Shown here in pieces: positions 21,210 through 29,846 of a DNA stretch of 64,000 bases (the first letter of the stretch is position 1; each line of letters begins with the position of its first letter). The notes under the pieces are model-generated. The model did not search any database and was not told the DNA's origin. It worked only from the letters and a program-made list of their open reading frames with translations. The stretch lies in the sequence record SRR20825006_492, one strand, 5' to 3'. Both the position numbers and the translations under genes were made by a program.

Positions 21210-21869
21210 ATGAAAAAGTATTCAGCGTTCTTTCTATTAGTAATAGTTTCAAGTGCTCATTCTTTTGCACAAATAGATTATAATCAGACTATACAGCCCA
21301 TTTTTAATGCTAATTGTACTTCTTGTCATGGTTCGACTAGTGGTGTAGATTTATCAAGTTATTTTTCAACTGTAAATAGTGAGGGTGACTTGTATGGCAT
21401 TAAAATTGTTAACCCTGGCGAATCAAGCTCAAGTCCTTTAGTAGACAAAATAGAACCAAACCCACAGATTGGAGATAGAATGCCGCAGGGCGGGTCTCTT
21501 TCAGGTAGTGATATTCAGAAAATTAAAGATTGGATTAATCAAGGAGCTAACGAAGTTGCTACATCAAATGAAGAAGAAATTGGGCAACCAGAATCTTTCA
21601 AGATTGTAGGTAACTATCCCAATCCTTTCAATCCTTCAACAAATATACAATTTGAGGTTCCAACAGCTTCTAAATACAAAATTTCAGTTTTTAGCTTAAA
21701 CGGGCAGTTGGTAAAAGAGCTTTCTGGTTCTGCATCTATTGGTATAAATCCCATTCGAGTAGAACTCAACTCTCAGCCAAGTGGAATGTATGTGTATAGA
21801 ATACTGGCTACCTCAAATCAAGGGATCAATCTTTTCTCTGGTGTTGGGAAAATGATTTTAGTGAAGTGA
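21210..21869 (+). CDS. Secreted c-type cytochrome-domain protein with T9SS type A C-terminal sorting domain
   Basis: Signal peptide; CTSCH heme-binding motif and distal RMP; C-terminal GNYPNPFNPST...SGMYVYRI...KMILVK. Confidence 0.82.
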   Translation: MKKYSAFFLLVIVSSAHSFAQIDYNQTIQPIFNANCTSCHGSTSGVDLSSYFSTVNSEGDLYGIKIVNPGESSSSPLVDKIEPNPQIGDRMPQGGSLSGSDIQKIKDWINQGANEVATSNEEEIGQPESFKIVGNYPNPFNPSTNIQFEVPTASKYKISVFSLNGQLVKELSGSASIGINPIRVELNSQPSGMYVYRILATSNQGINLFSGVGKMILVK

Positions 21870-21901
21870 TTTAAACTTTAGAAGAAGATGACACAGTTAT
21901 A

Positions 21902-23608
21902 TTAATTTTGGTAGGTATTTTTTTGAATCAGTTCCTTGGCACTGGCTAAGGCTGATTCTGTGATTTCAGAACCGCTCATTAAGCTGGCCACTTCGTGAAT
22001 GTGTTCCTCAGCGGAAAGTGGAATGATGGTCGTAATTGTACGTTCTGCTTCTTCGCCCTTATCTACTTTGTAATGTTTATGAGCTTGGCTCGCAATTTGA
22101 GGCTGATGTGTTATTGCAATAATCTGGCAATGCTCTGAAAGTTGACGCATTGCTCTACCTACTTTCTCAGAAACTTCGCCACTTATACCAGTATCAATTT
22201 CATCAAAAATCATAACCGGTAAGCTTTGCTCTTTGGCCAAAATAGATTTTAGAGCCAGCATAACACGGCTAATTTCTCCACCAGAAGCAATTTTAGCAAG
22301 TGGCTTTGGTTCTTCGCCTTTGTTTGTGGAAATGAAAATGGAAACATTATCGCAACCAAACTCCGTGCATTCAACATGTTGTCCGTCAATAGTTATCCAT
22401 CCTTTATTGGTGAATAACCAATCAATTCGAACGGCTAACTGTGAGTGAGGAATGCCTAGCTGGGCTAGTTCATGCTGAATTTGTGAGCCTAATTTTTTCC
22501 CAACTGAAACACGAGTTTCATGAAGTTTAAGTGCTGAAGAACACAAAATCTTTTCTTGATTGGCAACCGTCGCTTCAATCTTTTCTATTGCTAAATCAAA
22601 ATTATCAGCAATAGAGAGTTCGCTTTTAATTTCATCTAGATAGTCTATAAGCTTAGGAATGTCTCGCTGATATTTCTTTTGAAGCCGGTTCAACTCCGAC
22701 TGGCGCTGGCGTAAATCTTCAAGTCGCTGCGGGTTAAATTCGATGTCATTTCCGTAGCGTTCAGCAAATTGGACGGCTTCGTTAATGCTAACTCGAGCGG
22801 TATTAATTTCAGCTAAGTACGTTTCAAATTCGGGTTCAATACGTGCTAAATCTTCCAAATTCAGTTTTAAAGAATTCAGCAGTTGGAGAATATTAGCGTC
22901 ATCATTATCTGTCATCTCCGAAATTGCAGCCGCTTTTTGACTTAAAATTTCCGCATTATCGAGTAAATTCATTTCGGCGATAAGTTCGGCTTCTTCATCA
23001 ACACTTAAACGAGCTTGCTCCAATTCCTTTACTTGAAAACGATAAAGCTCGGTTTTTTCAATGAGCTCAGATTCTCTTTTCTTAAGATCGGATAGCTCTT
23101 TCTGGAGTTTCCTCATCGACGAATATTCTTTTTGATACGCTTTTAGAAAGGGCTCAATTTCCCCAAACCCATCAATTACCGAACGGTGATTTTCTTCCTT
23201 CAACAAAAGCTGATGATCGTGTTGTCCGTGTAAATCTACTAGTAAATCACCGATGGTTTTTAAAATACCGATGTTAACAGGGCTATCGTTTATAAATGCG
23301 CGGCTGCCTGTTTGGCGAATCTCTCTACGAAGGATTAAATAATCAGAATGTTCAATATCGTTAGCAGAGAGCAAGCTAAGTAACTCAGGGTTTGGCGAGA
23401 TTTTAATGGTAGCCTCTGAAATAGACTTATCAGCACCTCGACGGATAACATCAGTATCGGCACGTTCACCAAGAATCATATTCAATGCGCCAATAATTAT
23501 AGATTTACCGGCGCCAGTTTGGCCAGTTAGAATGTTAAAACCTTGTTCAAAGGTTACTTCTAGCTCGTCAATTAAAGCAAAATCTTTTATGTAGAGTGAT
23601 TGAATCAC
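21902..23608 (-). CDS. recN: DNA repair protein RecN
   Basis: Walker A TGQTGAGKS; HGQHDHQ; signature ASGGEISR; Walker B IFDEIDTG; ITHQPQ. Confidence 0.97.
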   Translation of the reverse strand: MIQSLYIKDFALIDELEVTFEQGFNILTGQTGAGKSIIIGALNMILGERADTDVIRRGADKSISEATIKISPNPELLSLLSANDIEHSDYLILRREIRQTGSRAFINDSPVNIGILKTIGDLLVDLHGQHDHQLLLKEENHRSVIDGFGEIEPFLKAYQKEYSSMRKLQKELSDLKKRESELIEKTELYRFQVKELEQARLSVDEEAELIAEMNLLDNAEILSQKAAAISEMTDNDDANILQLLNSLKLNLEDLARIEPEFETYLAEINTARVSINEAVQFAERYGNDIEFNPQRLEDLRQRQSELNRLQKKYQRDIPKLIDYLDEIKSELSIADNFDLAIEKIEATVANQEKILCSSALKLHETRVSVGKKLGSQIQHELAQLGIPHSQLAVRIDWLFTNKGWITIDGQHVECTEFGCDNVSIFISTNKGEEPKPLAKIASGGEISRVMLALKSILAKEQSLPVMIFDEIDTGISGEVSEKVGRAMRQLSEHCQIIAITHQPQIASQAHKHYKVDKGEEAERTITTIIPLSAEEHIHEVASLMSGSEITESALASAKELIQKNTYQN

Positions 23609-23611
23609 GAA

Positions 23612-23646
23612 ATTTATCGATTAAGAATTCAAAATTAAGAATTTAT
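23612..23646. repeat. 7-nt-period AATTnnn array overlapping the stop of the four-helix-bundle gene
   Basis: + strand GATTAAG AATTCAA AATTAAG AATTTAT (23619-23646). Confidence 0.7.
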
Positions 23647-23991
23647 ATTCTTCTTAGAGGTTTTAACAATTGAAGATAAAATACTGATGATTTCACTTGA
23701 TTTCATAAGGTGATTATTTACGTCAATGGATGTTAACTCACTTTCATTTAAAAGTCTAAGCCAATAATAAGTTTCTCGAGCTTCTTTAAGTGAAACTGAC
23801 ATTTTATGGATGAAGTCTTTTCTAGATTGTCCGGCAATTGCTTCTTCTATATTAGCCCCAATACTAGTTCCGCACCTAAGTAATTGTGTGGAAATAACAT
23901 ATTCTCTTTCAGCTTTAAGTTTTATATACAACTCAATAATCATTAAAGAGAAAGCAAAACTTTTCTGTTGGACAAGATTATCTTTAGACAA
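23635..23991 (-). CDS. Four-helix-bundle protein (23S rRNA-IVP / TIGR02436, Avd-like fold)
   Basis: 118 aa; QLLRCGTSIGANIEEA..GQSRKDFIHKMSVSLKEARETYYWL family motif; TTG start. Confidence 0.92.
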   Translation of the reverse strand: MSKDNLVQQKSFAFSLMIIELYIKLKAEREYVISTQLLRCGTSIGANIEEAIAGQSRKDFIHKMSVSLKEARETYYWLRLLNESELTSIDVNNHLMKSSEIISILSSIVKTSKKNINS

Positions 23992-24026
23992 AATTCAAAA
24001 TTTAGAATTCAAAATTTCTAATTCCC
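23992..24026. repeat. 7-nt-period AATTnnn array abutting the start codon of the four-helix-bundle gene
   Basis: + strand AATTCAA AATTTAG AATTCAA AATTTCT AATTCCC. Confidence 0.8.
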
Positions 24027-24125
24027 TTTAGTTAGACATCTACCAATCACAATCCTTACAAAAAGTGAAAATAGAAAGTGGGGAATGTCGTGTTGAATTA
24101 AGTTCTTTTTCATCGCTTAATCATT

Positions 24126-24153
24126 CCGAATTATTAGCTCTAAATTATTAATT
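24126..24153. repeat. Third 7-nt-period array (nnnAATT)
   Basis: + strand CCGAATT ATTAGCT CTAAATT ATTAATT. Confidence 0.55.
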
Positions 24154-24207
24154 CCTTAAGTATGACAGTTTCGAAGCAAATTCCTTCCAAACTGATTATC
24201 TTAAAGC

Positions 24208-25206
24208 ATGGAAGAACAGAAAAAAACAATTTATGAGTTTGAAGTACCAGCTGGACAACAAGAGTTGATTCGCCTTGATACTTACATCACTTCGTTTGTA
24301 GAAAATGCAACGCGGAACAAAGTTCAACAAGCTATTAAAGACGGGCATGTGTTTGTTAACGGTAAGAATGAGAAGGTTTCTTACAAGATGCAGCCCAACG
24401 ATAAAATTTATATCGAGCTGCCAAAAGCACCACCACCGGCAGCAACTGCTGAAGCTTTAGATTTAAATATCGTATTTGAAGATGATGATATCATCATTGT
24501 GAATAAAGAAGCAGGAATGGTAGTTCACCCCGCTTACGGAAATTGGACAGGAACGCTTGTAAACGGCTTGATGCATCATGTGGATGAACTAGCTGAGAAT
24601 GAAGACAACGACCTGCGTCCGGGCATTGTACACCGTTTAGATAAAGATACGAGCGGACTTTTAGTAGTGGCGAAGAATGAAGAAACGCTCGCAGCGCTAT
24701 CTGCAAAATTTGCAGAGAAAGATGTTGAAAGAACATATTGGGCATTAGTTTGGGGAATGCCAGAAGAAGAAGGAACCATTGAAGGTGATATTGGTCGCTC
24801 TAGGCACGATCGGAAATTAATGACCATCGTGCCAAGTGGTAAAGGGAAACACGCCGTAACTCATTTTAAAGTTTTAGAACAGTTCGATTACCTCAGCTTA
24901 TTAGAAATAAAGCTAGAAACGGGAAGGACACATCAGATTCGTGTTCATTTAGCACATCATGGACATCATGTATTTGGTGATCCAACATACGGTGGAACTT
25001 CCGTGCGCTACGGTCCAAATACGGGGACTCGAAAAACGATGTTCCATAGGTTAATTACAGGACTAGGAAGGCAAGCACTACATGCTAAAACCTTGGGCTT
25101 TGAGCATCCTAAAACAAAAGAAATGGTTAGTTTCGATTCAGAACTTCCCGAAGATTTTAGCCATGTTTTAGAAACGCTAAGAAAGAACTGTATGGCTGAG
25201 TATTAG
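24208..25206 (+). CDS. rluD: RluA-family 23S rRNA pseudouridine synthase with S4 domain (RluD)
   Basis: RLD S4 domain; NKEAGMVVHP; RPGIVHRLDKDTSG catalytic Asp; ETGRTHQIRVH; RQALHA. Confidence 0.9.
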   Translation: MEEQKKTIYEFEVPAGQQELIRLDTYITSFVENATRNKVQQAIKDGHVFVNGKNEKVSYKMQPNDKIYIELPKAPPPAATAEALDLNIVFEDDDIIIVNKEAGMVVHPAYGNWTGTLVNGLMHHVDELAENEDNDLRPGIVHRLDKDTSGLLVVAKNEETLAALSAKFAEKDVERTYWALVWGMPEEEGTIEGDIGRSRHDRKLMTIVPSGKGKHAVTHFKVLEQFDYLSLLEIKLETGRTHQIRVHLAHHGHHVFGDPTYGGTSVRYGPNTGTRKTMFHRLITGLGRQALHAKTLGFEHPKTKEMVSFDSELPEDFSHVLETLRKNCMAEY

Positions 25207-25295
25207 ACTCAAACAGCTATTACAAAAGTTAGAATTACAGAATGTAGCACTCAAAAGAGCTCGCTCTTTTTTATAGATACAACAGAATAAAGATC

Positions 25296-25625
25296 ATGAA
25301 GAAAAAAGATATTAATATCACTGTAGAACTAGATAACGATAACATTCCTACCAATATAATTTGGAATGCAACCGATTTAGAAGGAACTCACGAAGCTGAA
25401 TGTAGAGCCATGCTACTTTCGCTGTGGGATTCAAAAAGGAAAGATACACTAAAGCTAGATTTATGGACTCGTGATATGACCGTTGATGAGATGAAAATCT
25501 TCTTCCATCAAACTTTGGTTACTATGGCAGATACGCTGAATAGAGCTACGAACGACGAACGTATCACTGGCGATATGATGGATTTTTGTGATTACTTTGC
25601 TGAAAAAATGGAAATTAAAGCCTAA
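25296..25625 (+). CDS. gldC: Gliding motility protein GldC
   Basis: VELD..IP..I.W.ATD ... LLSLWD...DTLKLDLWT.DM.VDEMK.FFHQTL..MADT..RAT pattern. Confidence 0.88.
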   Translation: MKKKDINITVELDNDNIPTNIIWNATDLEGTHEAECRAMLLSLWDSKRKDTLKLDLWTRDMTVDEMKIFFHQTLVTMADTLNRATNDERITGDMMDFCDYFAEKMEIKA

Positions 25626-25659
25626 GTCGGATATTGCAAAACTAGACTAAGGTGGTTTA

Positions 25660-26559
25660 ATGATCTCATTTCAATACAAAGTTTTTTTTGAGGTTGCTAC
25701 CACCTTAAGTTTTACTAAAGCCGCTGAGTTACTATTTATTTCGCAGCCTGCCGTAAGTAATCATATCAAAAAGTTAGAGGCAGAACTGGGCGTACCTCTT
25801 TTTGTTCGGAATGGAAGTTCTATTTCGTTAACTCAGCCAGGCGAAAAACTGCTAGAATATGTACATAAAGCTCGTCATGTTGCTCAAATGGCCCAAGCAG
25901 ATGTGGATATAGTAAAGAATCAAAGAGAGATTGTTGGCGAACTTAAAATAGGCGCTAGTACTACAATTTCGCTACACATTTTGCCCAAAGTGCTATCAGC
26001 TTTTCATAAGAAGCATCCTCGTATTCAACTCATGTTGATAAACAGGAATACGGAACATGTAATTGAGGCTCTTGTAAAAAAGGAAATCGATATTGCTGTT
26101 GTTGAGTCGAAATATGAGATGAACGGTGTTCAGTATAGCATATTTATGGAGGATGAAATTATCCCCCTTTGTTCACCTCGAAGTGCTTTCGCTCACTCCG
26201 AAATTTCACTTGAAGAGCTCAAAAAAATTCCATTAGCTATGAGAGAACGAGGTTCGGGAACACTCTCTGTTTTGATGAAAGAGTTTGAGGGGAAAAATAT
26301 CAAACTGGGTGATTTACAGATTACAGCTCGATTGGGTGGAACGGATCCATTAAAAAAATATCTGATTGAAAGTGATGAAATTGGATTCCTTTCAAAAGTT
26401 GCGGTTCAAGAAGAGCTAGAAAAAGACCTCTTAAAAAGAGTAGATATACAAGGACTTACTTTCCCAAGGCATTTCTATTTTGTGACACGAAAAGGAGAAG
26501 AGCTTCCAAGTTTTGTCTATGCTTTCAAAAAACAAGCCAAAGAAACGTATAACGTGTAG
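25660..26559 (+). CDS. LysR-family transcriptional regulator (CysL/YeiE-like)
   Basis: HTH SFTKAAELLFISQPAVSNHIKKLE; IGASTTI; RERGSGT. Confidence 0.92.
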   Translation: MISFQYKVFFEVATTLSFTKAAELLFISQPAVSNHIKKLEAELGVPLFVRNGSSISLTQPGEKLLEYVHKARHVAQMAQADVDIVKNQREIVGELKIGASTTISLHILPKVLSAFHKKHPRIQLMLINRNTEHVIEALVKKEIDIAVVESKYEMNGVQYSIFMEDEIIPLCSPRSAFAHSEISLEELKKIPLAMRERGSGTLSVLMKEFEGKNIKLGDLQITARLGGTDPLKKYLIESDEIGFLSKVAVQEELEKDLLKRVDIQGLTFPRHFYFVTRKGEELPSFVYAFKKQAKETYNV

Positions 26560-26564
26560 TTATA
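26548..26564. promoter_or_regulatory. Putative LysR operator (T-N11-A palindrome) upstream of the YeiH-family gene
   Basis: TATAAC-GTGTA-GTTATA perfect dyad. Confidence 0.55.
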
Positions 26565-26702
26565 GGGTATATTAAAACTATATTGTACAGTTATTATGCA
26601 AAGAGCGATCTTTACAAAAAAGATCGGCACAATGGTTACGCTCATCAGCCCATTGATTGCAAAAAACTAGCATCAGTTAGTAAGAATCAGAAATTTTGTA
26701 CA

Positions 26703-27680
26703 ATGAGTTTTTTTAAAACAGAAATGTTTAATGGAATTTCTTTACCTAAACACCAAGAATTATGGAAGTTTTGGGTGTTTATAGGTTTTATCATTCTATG
26801 TTTTTTTCCATTTGTTTCCCCACCAATTGCGTTGGGGTTAGGTGTTATCATCTCAGCGATTAAAATTGTACCCGTTGGATTCAACTCTTCAAAAATAGCT
26901 ACCCATCTATTGAAAGTTTCCATCGTTTTGATGGGATTCGGAATCAATATTTCACAAGCCATTCAAACTTCAAAATCAGGATTTGTTATAAGTGCGGTTT
27001 TTATAGGAATAACCATATCACTTGGGCTTTTTCTAGGTTATGTTTTAAAAGTTGATAAAGTCATTTCAACCCTAATAACTATTGGGACCGCTATTTGTGG
27101 GGGAAGTGCGATTGCGGCTGTAAGTCCTATTTTGGGAGCTAAAGAACGCCAATTATCGTTTGGATTGGGCGTAGTATTTCTACTTAATGCAGTGGCACTA
27201 ATTCTGTTTCCAATACTTGGAACTTGGTTTGATTTAAGCCAAGCACAATTTGGTTATTGGGCAGCTATCGCCATTCATGATACAAGTTCGGTAGTTGGTG
27301 CAAGTGCTGCGTATGGAGAGGAGGCTTTGCGAATTGCTACAACGGTGAAGTTAATCCGTGCTTTATGGATTATCCCAGTTTCAATAGCCGTGGCATTAAT
27401 TTATGGTTCTAGAAAAATCAGTAAAGTTAGAATTCCTTGGTTCATCGCACTTTTTATCGTAACCATGAGCGTGAGTTATTTTGTTCCATCTGGGGAAAAT
27501 ATCTTCGGTTTTCTAGATGGATTAGGTAAGAAAGGAATGGTAATTACATTGTTTTTAATTGGAACTGGATTGCCGTTGTCGGAAGTCAAAGCGATTGGCA
27601 TAAAGCCCTTTATCCTTGGTGTAATACTTTGGGCGATAGTAAGTGTACTATCCTTGATCACGGTAATGGAAATGTTTTGA
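26703..27680 (+). CDS. YeiH-family putative sulfate/sulfite exporter; ATG 26703 preferred over TTG 26583
   Basis: Multi-TM; GTAICGGSAIAA, AIHDTSSVVGA, TTVKLIRALW motifs; next to a LysR regulator. Confidence 0.88.
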   Translation: MSFFKTEMFNGISLPKHQELWKFWVFIGFIILCFFPFVSPPIALGLGVIISAIKIVPVGFNSSKIATHLLKVSIVLMGFGINISQAIQTSKSGFVISAVFIGITISLGLFLGYVLKVDKVISTLITIGTAICGGSAIAAVSPILGAKERQLSFGLGVVFLLNAVALILFPILGTWFDLSQAQFGYWAAIAIHDTSSVVGASAAYGEEALRIATTVKLIRALWIIPVSIAVALIYGSRKISKVRIPWFIALFIVTMSVSYFVPSGENIFGFLDGLGKKGMVITLFLIGTGLPLSEVKAIGIKPFILGVILWAIVSVLSLITVMEMF

Positions 27681-27721
27681 GAGTTTACCTCGTTTGGTAG
27701 AATCGTGCTGATAAACGAAGT

Positions 27722-28963
27722 TTAAGAATAAATTATACTACCGAAGCTAACGGCGCTTTCTCGCTCAATTTCGTCCCAAAGATCGTAAGAAAGTTGGGTT
27801 CCTTTTAAATTGGGCATGGTTCGTAAAAAAGAGAGAAGTGGTGGGAATCCACAAATACGTGTGGCGTCGTAGTCTCTTGTTAATAGAGATATCATCCCAT
27901 TGGCATTATTTATGAGCGCTTTTTGGATGAATTGGTGATCAAATTCTTGAATGGATTTTACTAATTCACGAGCAGTTTTTGCATCACCGAATTTTTTTCC
28001 AAAATGGGATAGATCTCCACTTATCAGAAAGAAAGTATCATCATCATCCCCAAACTGTTTGTTAAGTAGGCGACTAAACTCATCAACTTGCTGGGCACGA
28101 AATCCTTTTTCCATATAGAGTAATTCATCAAAACCACCCACAAGAATTGGGATAATGCTGAAATCATGATTCCAGATATGGTTCAAAAAAAGAAGATGTA
28201 GCTCAACGCTATGTTCAATCCGAAATGCACGATCTTGAAAGGAAACACCGAGTTTTTTCTCGTCTGCGATGCGTTTTAGTTGAGCGATGCTCTCAGAGTC
28301 GCCTTTAACATCACCATTTGGTAGTGTAAAAATTTTGTCAGAAATGATGAAGGGAGTTTCTTCATACAAATCGCCATACAGGCCCGAATAGTGAGAAGTG
28401 GCAAGTATAACCACTCTTTTTGGTTTCAGATTTTTAATCGCAGAAAAGGCTTTTATATAACTCTTCATCCCAACTCTTGGGTCGATATGAGGAGCAAATA
28501 ATGCTTTTGCGTTTTCTACGGGTGTTGTTTGTTCGTTGCTGATGAAAGCTTCATCGAGAAAAGTTTTCAGCTCATGAGCATCCTCTGGATATGAATTTCC
28601 TACAGTAACAGGAGTATGAATATTCGAGGTTTCATAATTCTGTTCGGTTGCTTCAGCTTGTTCAGAAAAATATGGGGAGTCGAGCAGACAATGTTCGTCC
28701 AAAAATTGAGCATAGCTCAGAATTTCTTCTTTAGTAACTTCATCAGAGCTATAGGCCAAAATATCATTTACACTTCTGTTGCCATCGAAAAGAGAAAGAA
28801 TTGTTTCTGCCTCTACTGGGAGTGCGAAGTCGGCGGTAGTGTAGCCCAAACTGTCGTAAAAATGAATAAGAGTTTGCCCATTTTGTTCAGTTGTAATCCG
28901 TTGGAGATCAAATCGTATAGACGGAATGGGTAGGGTAAATGAATCGAAAATAAAAGAGCTCAT
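27722..28963 (-). CDS. amrB: AmmeMemoRadiSam system protein B (MEMO1 family) with N-terminal extension
   Basis: GNSYP, APHID, ATSH, EHSVE, SGDLSHFG, ICGFPP motifs. Confidence 0.85.
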   Translation of the reverse strand: MSSFIFDSFTLPIPSIRFDLQRITTEQNGQTLIHFYDSLGYTTADFALPVEAETILSLFDGNRSVNDILAYSSDEVTKEEILSYAQFLDEHCLLDSPYFSEQAEATEQNYETSNIHTPVTVGNSYPEDAHELKTFLDEAFISNEQTTPVENAKALFAPHIDPRVGMKSYIKAFSAIKNLKPKRVVILATSHYSGLYGDLYEETPFIISDKIFTLPNGDVKGDSESIAQLKRIADEKKLGVSFQDRAFRIEHSVELHLLFLNHIWNHDFSIIPILVGGFDELLYMEKGFRAQQVDEFSRLLNKQFGDDDDTFFLISGDLSHFGKKFGDAKTARELVKSIQEFDHQFIQKALINNANGMISLLTRDYDATRICGFPPLLSFLRTMPNLKGTQLSYDLWDEIERESAVSFGSIIYS

Positions 28964-28998
28964 AGTTGAAGTAGCAAAGTAGGGTTGAACCTATTTAA

Positions 28999-29685
28999 TT
29001 AAAGAGATGCTTTGGCTCTCATCTTTTGACAGTCACATTTAGTACCATAATTAATACAAAGCGAGTGGTCGGGTGCTTTTGAAAATCTAGCCTTGCAAGG
29101 TCCTCTTCCATGATGAATCATTAAATGAGAAAGATCGGTCCAGCTTTCTTGAGGAAATAAAGCCATTAAATCACGTTCAATTTTATCGGTGTTGTTTTTT
29201 TCCTTTGTGAGGCCGAATCTATTTGAGAATCTTTTTACATGCGTATCTACCACTACACCATGGTTTATGCCAAATGCATTACCGAGAACCACATTGGCAG
29301 TTTTACGTGCAGCCCCTCGAAGGGTAAGTAATTCATCCATAGTTCTAGGAACTTTCCCTTCAAAATTTTCTACAAGTGTTATAGATGTTTCTTTTAGAGA
29401 TTTAGCTTTATTTCTATAGAAGCCAGTTGTTCTAACTAACTCTTCAAGCTCTTCAAGGGGAGCTTCAGCCATCAACTCTGGAGTTGGATAGGTTTCAAAA
29501 AGAGCAGGTGTTACTAAATTAACACGTACATCCGTACATTGTGCACTAAGAATGGTAGCAATGAGTAGTTCAAAGGGATTACGATGATTGAGTTCGCAAT
29601 GAGGATTAGGATAATTTTTGTAAAGCTCTTTTAGAATTTCAGAAGCACGAGCTTTTTGTTGCTTAGTTTTGCGAGGAAGTTTCAT
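28999..29685 (-). CDS. nth: Endonuclease III
   Basis: FELLIATILSAQCTD, HhH LRGAARKTANVV with catalytic Lys, VDTHV catalytic Asp; atypical C-terminal Cys spacing. Confidence 0.93.
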   Translation of the reverse strand: MKLPRKTKQQKARASEILKELYKNYPNPHCELNHRNPFELLIATILSAQCTDVRVNLVTPALFETYPTPELMAEAPLEELEELVRTTGFYRNKAKSLKETSITLVENFEGKVPRTMDELLTLRGAARKTANVVLGNAFGINHGVVVDTHVKRFSNRFGLTKEKNNTDKIERDLMALFPQESWTDLSHLMIHHGRGPCKARFSKAPDHSLCINYGTKCDCQKMRAKASL

Positions 29686-29846
29686 ACCTTGGCCAAAATT
29701 GTGGGATCTTTAGTATTTAATTTGAGAATGAGCAGTTTAAAAACGATTTGTATAAAAAAGTGGGATAGTAAAAGTATCGAAATGTGAATAGGGTGCTTTT
29801 ACAAGTTATTTACTAGTTATAATGTAAAGAATGGGTTAATTACTTG

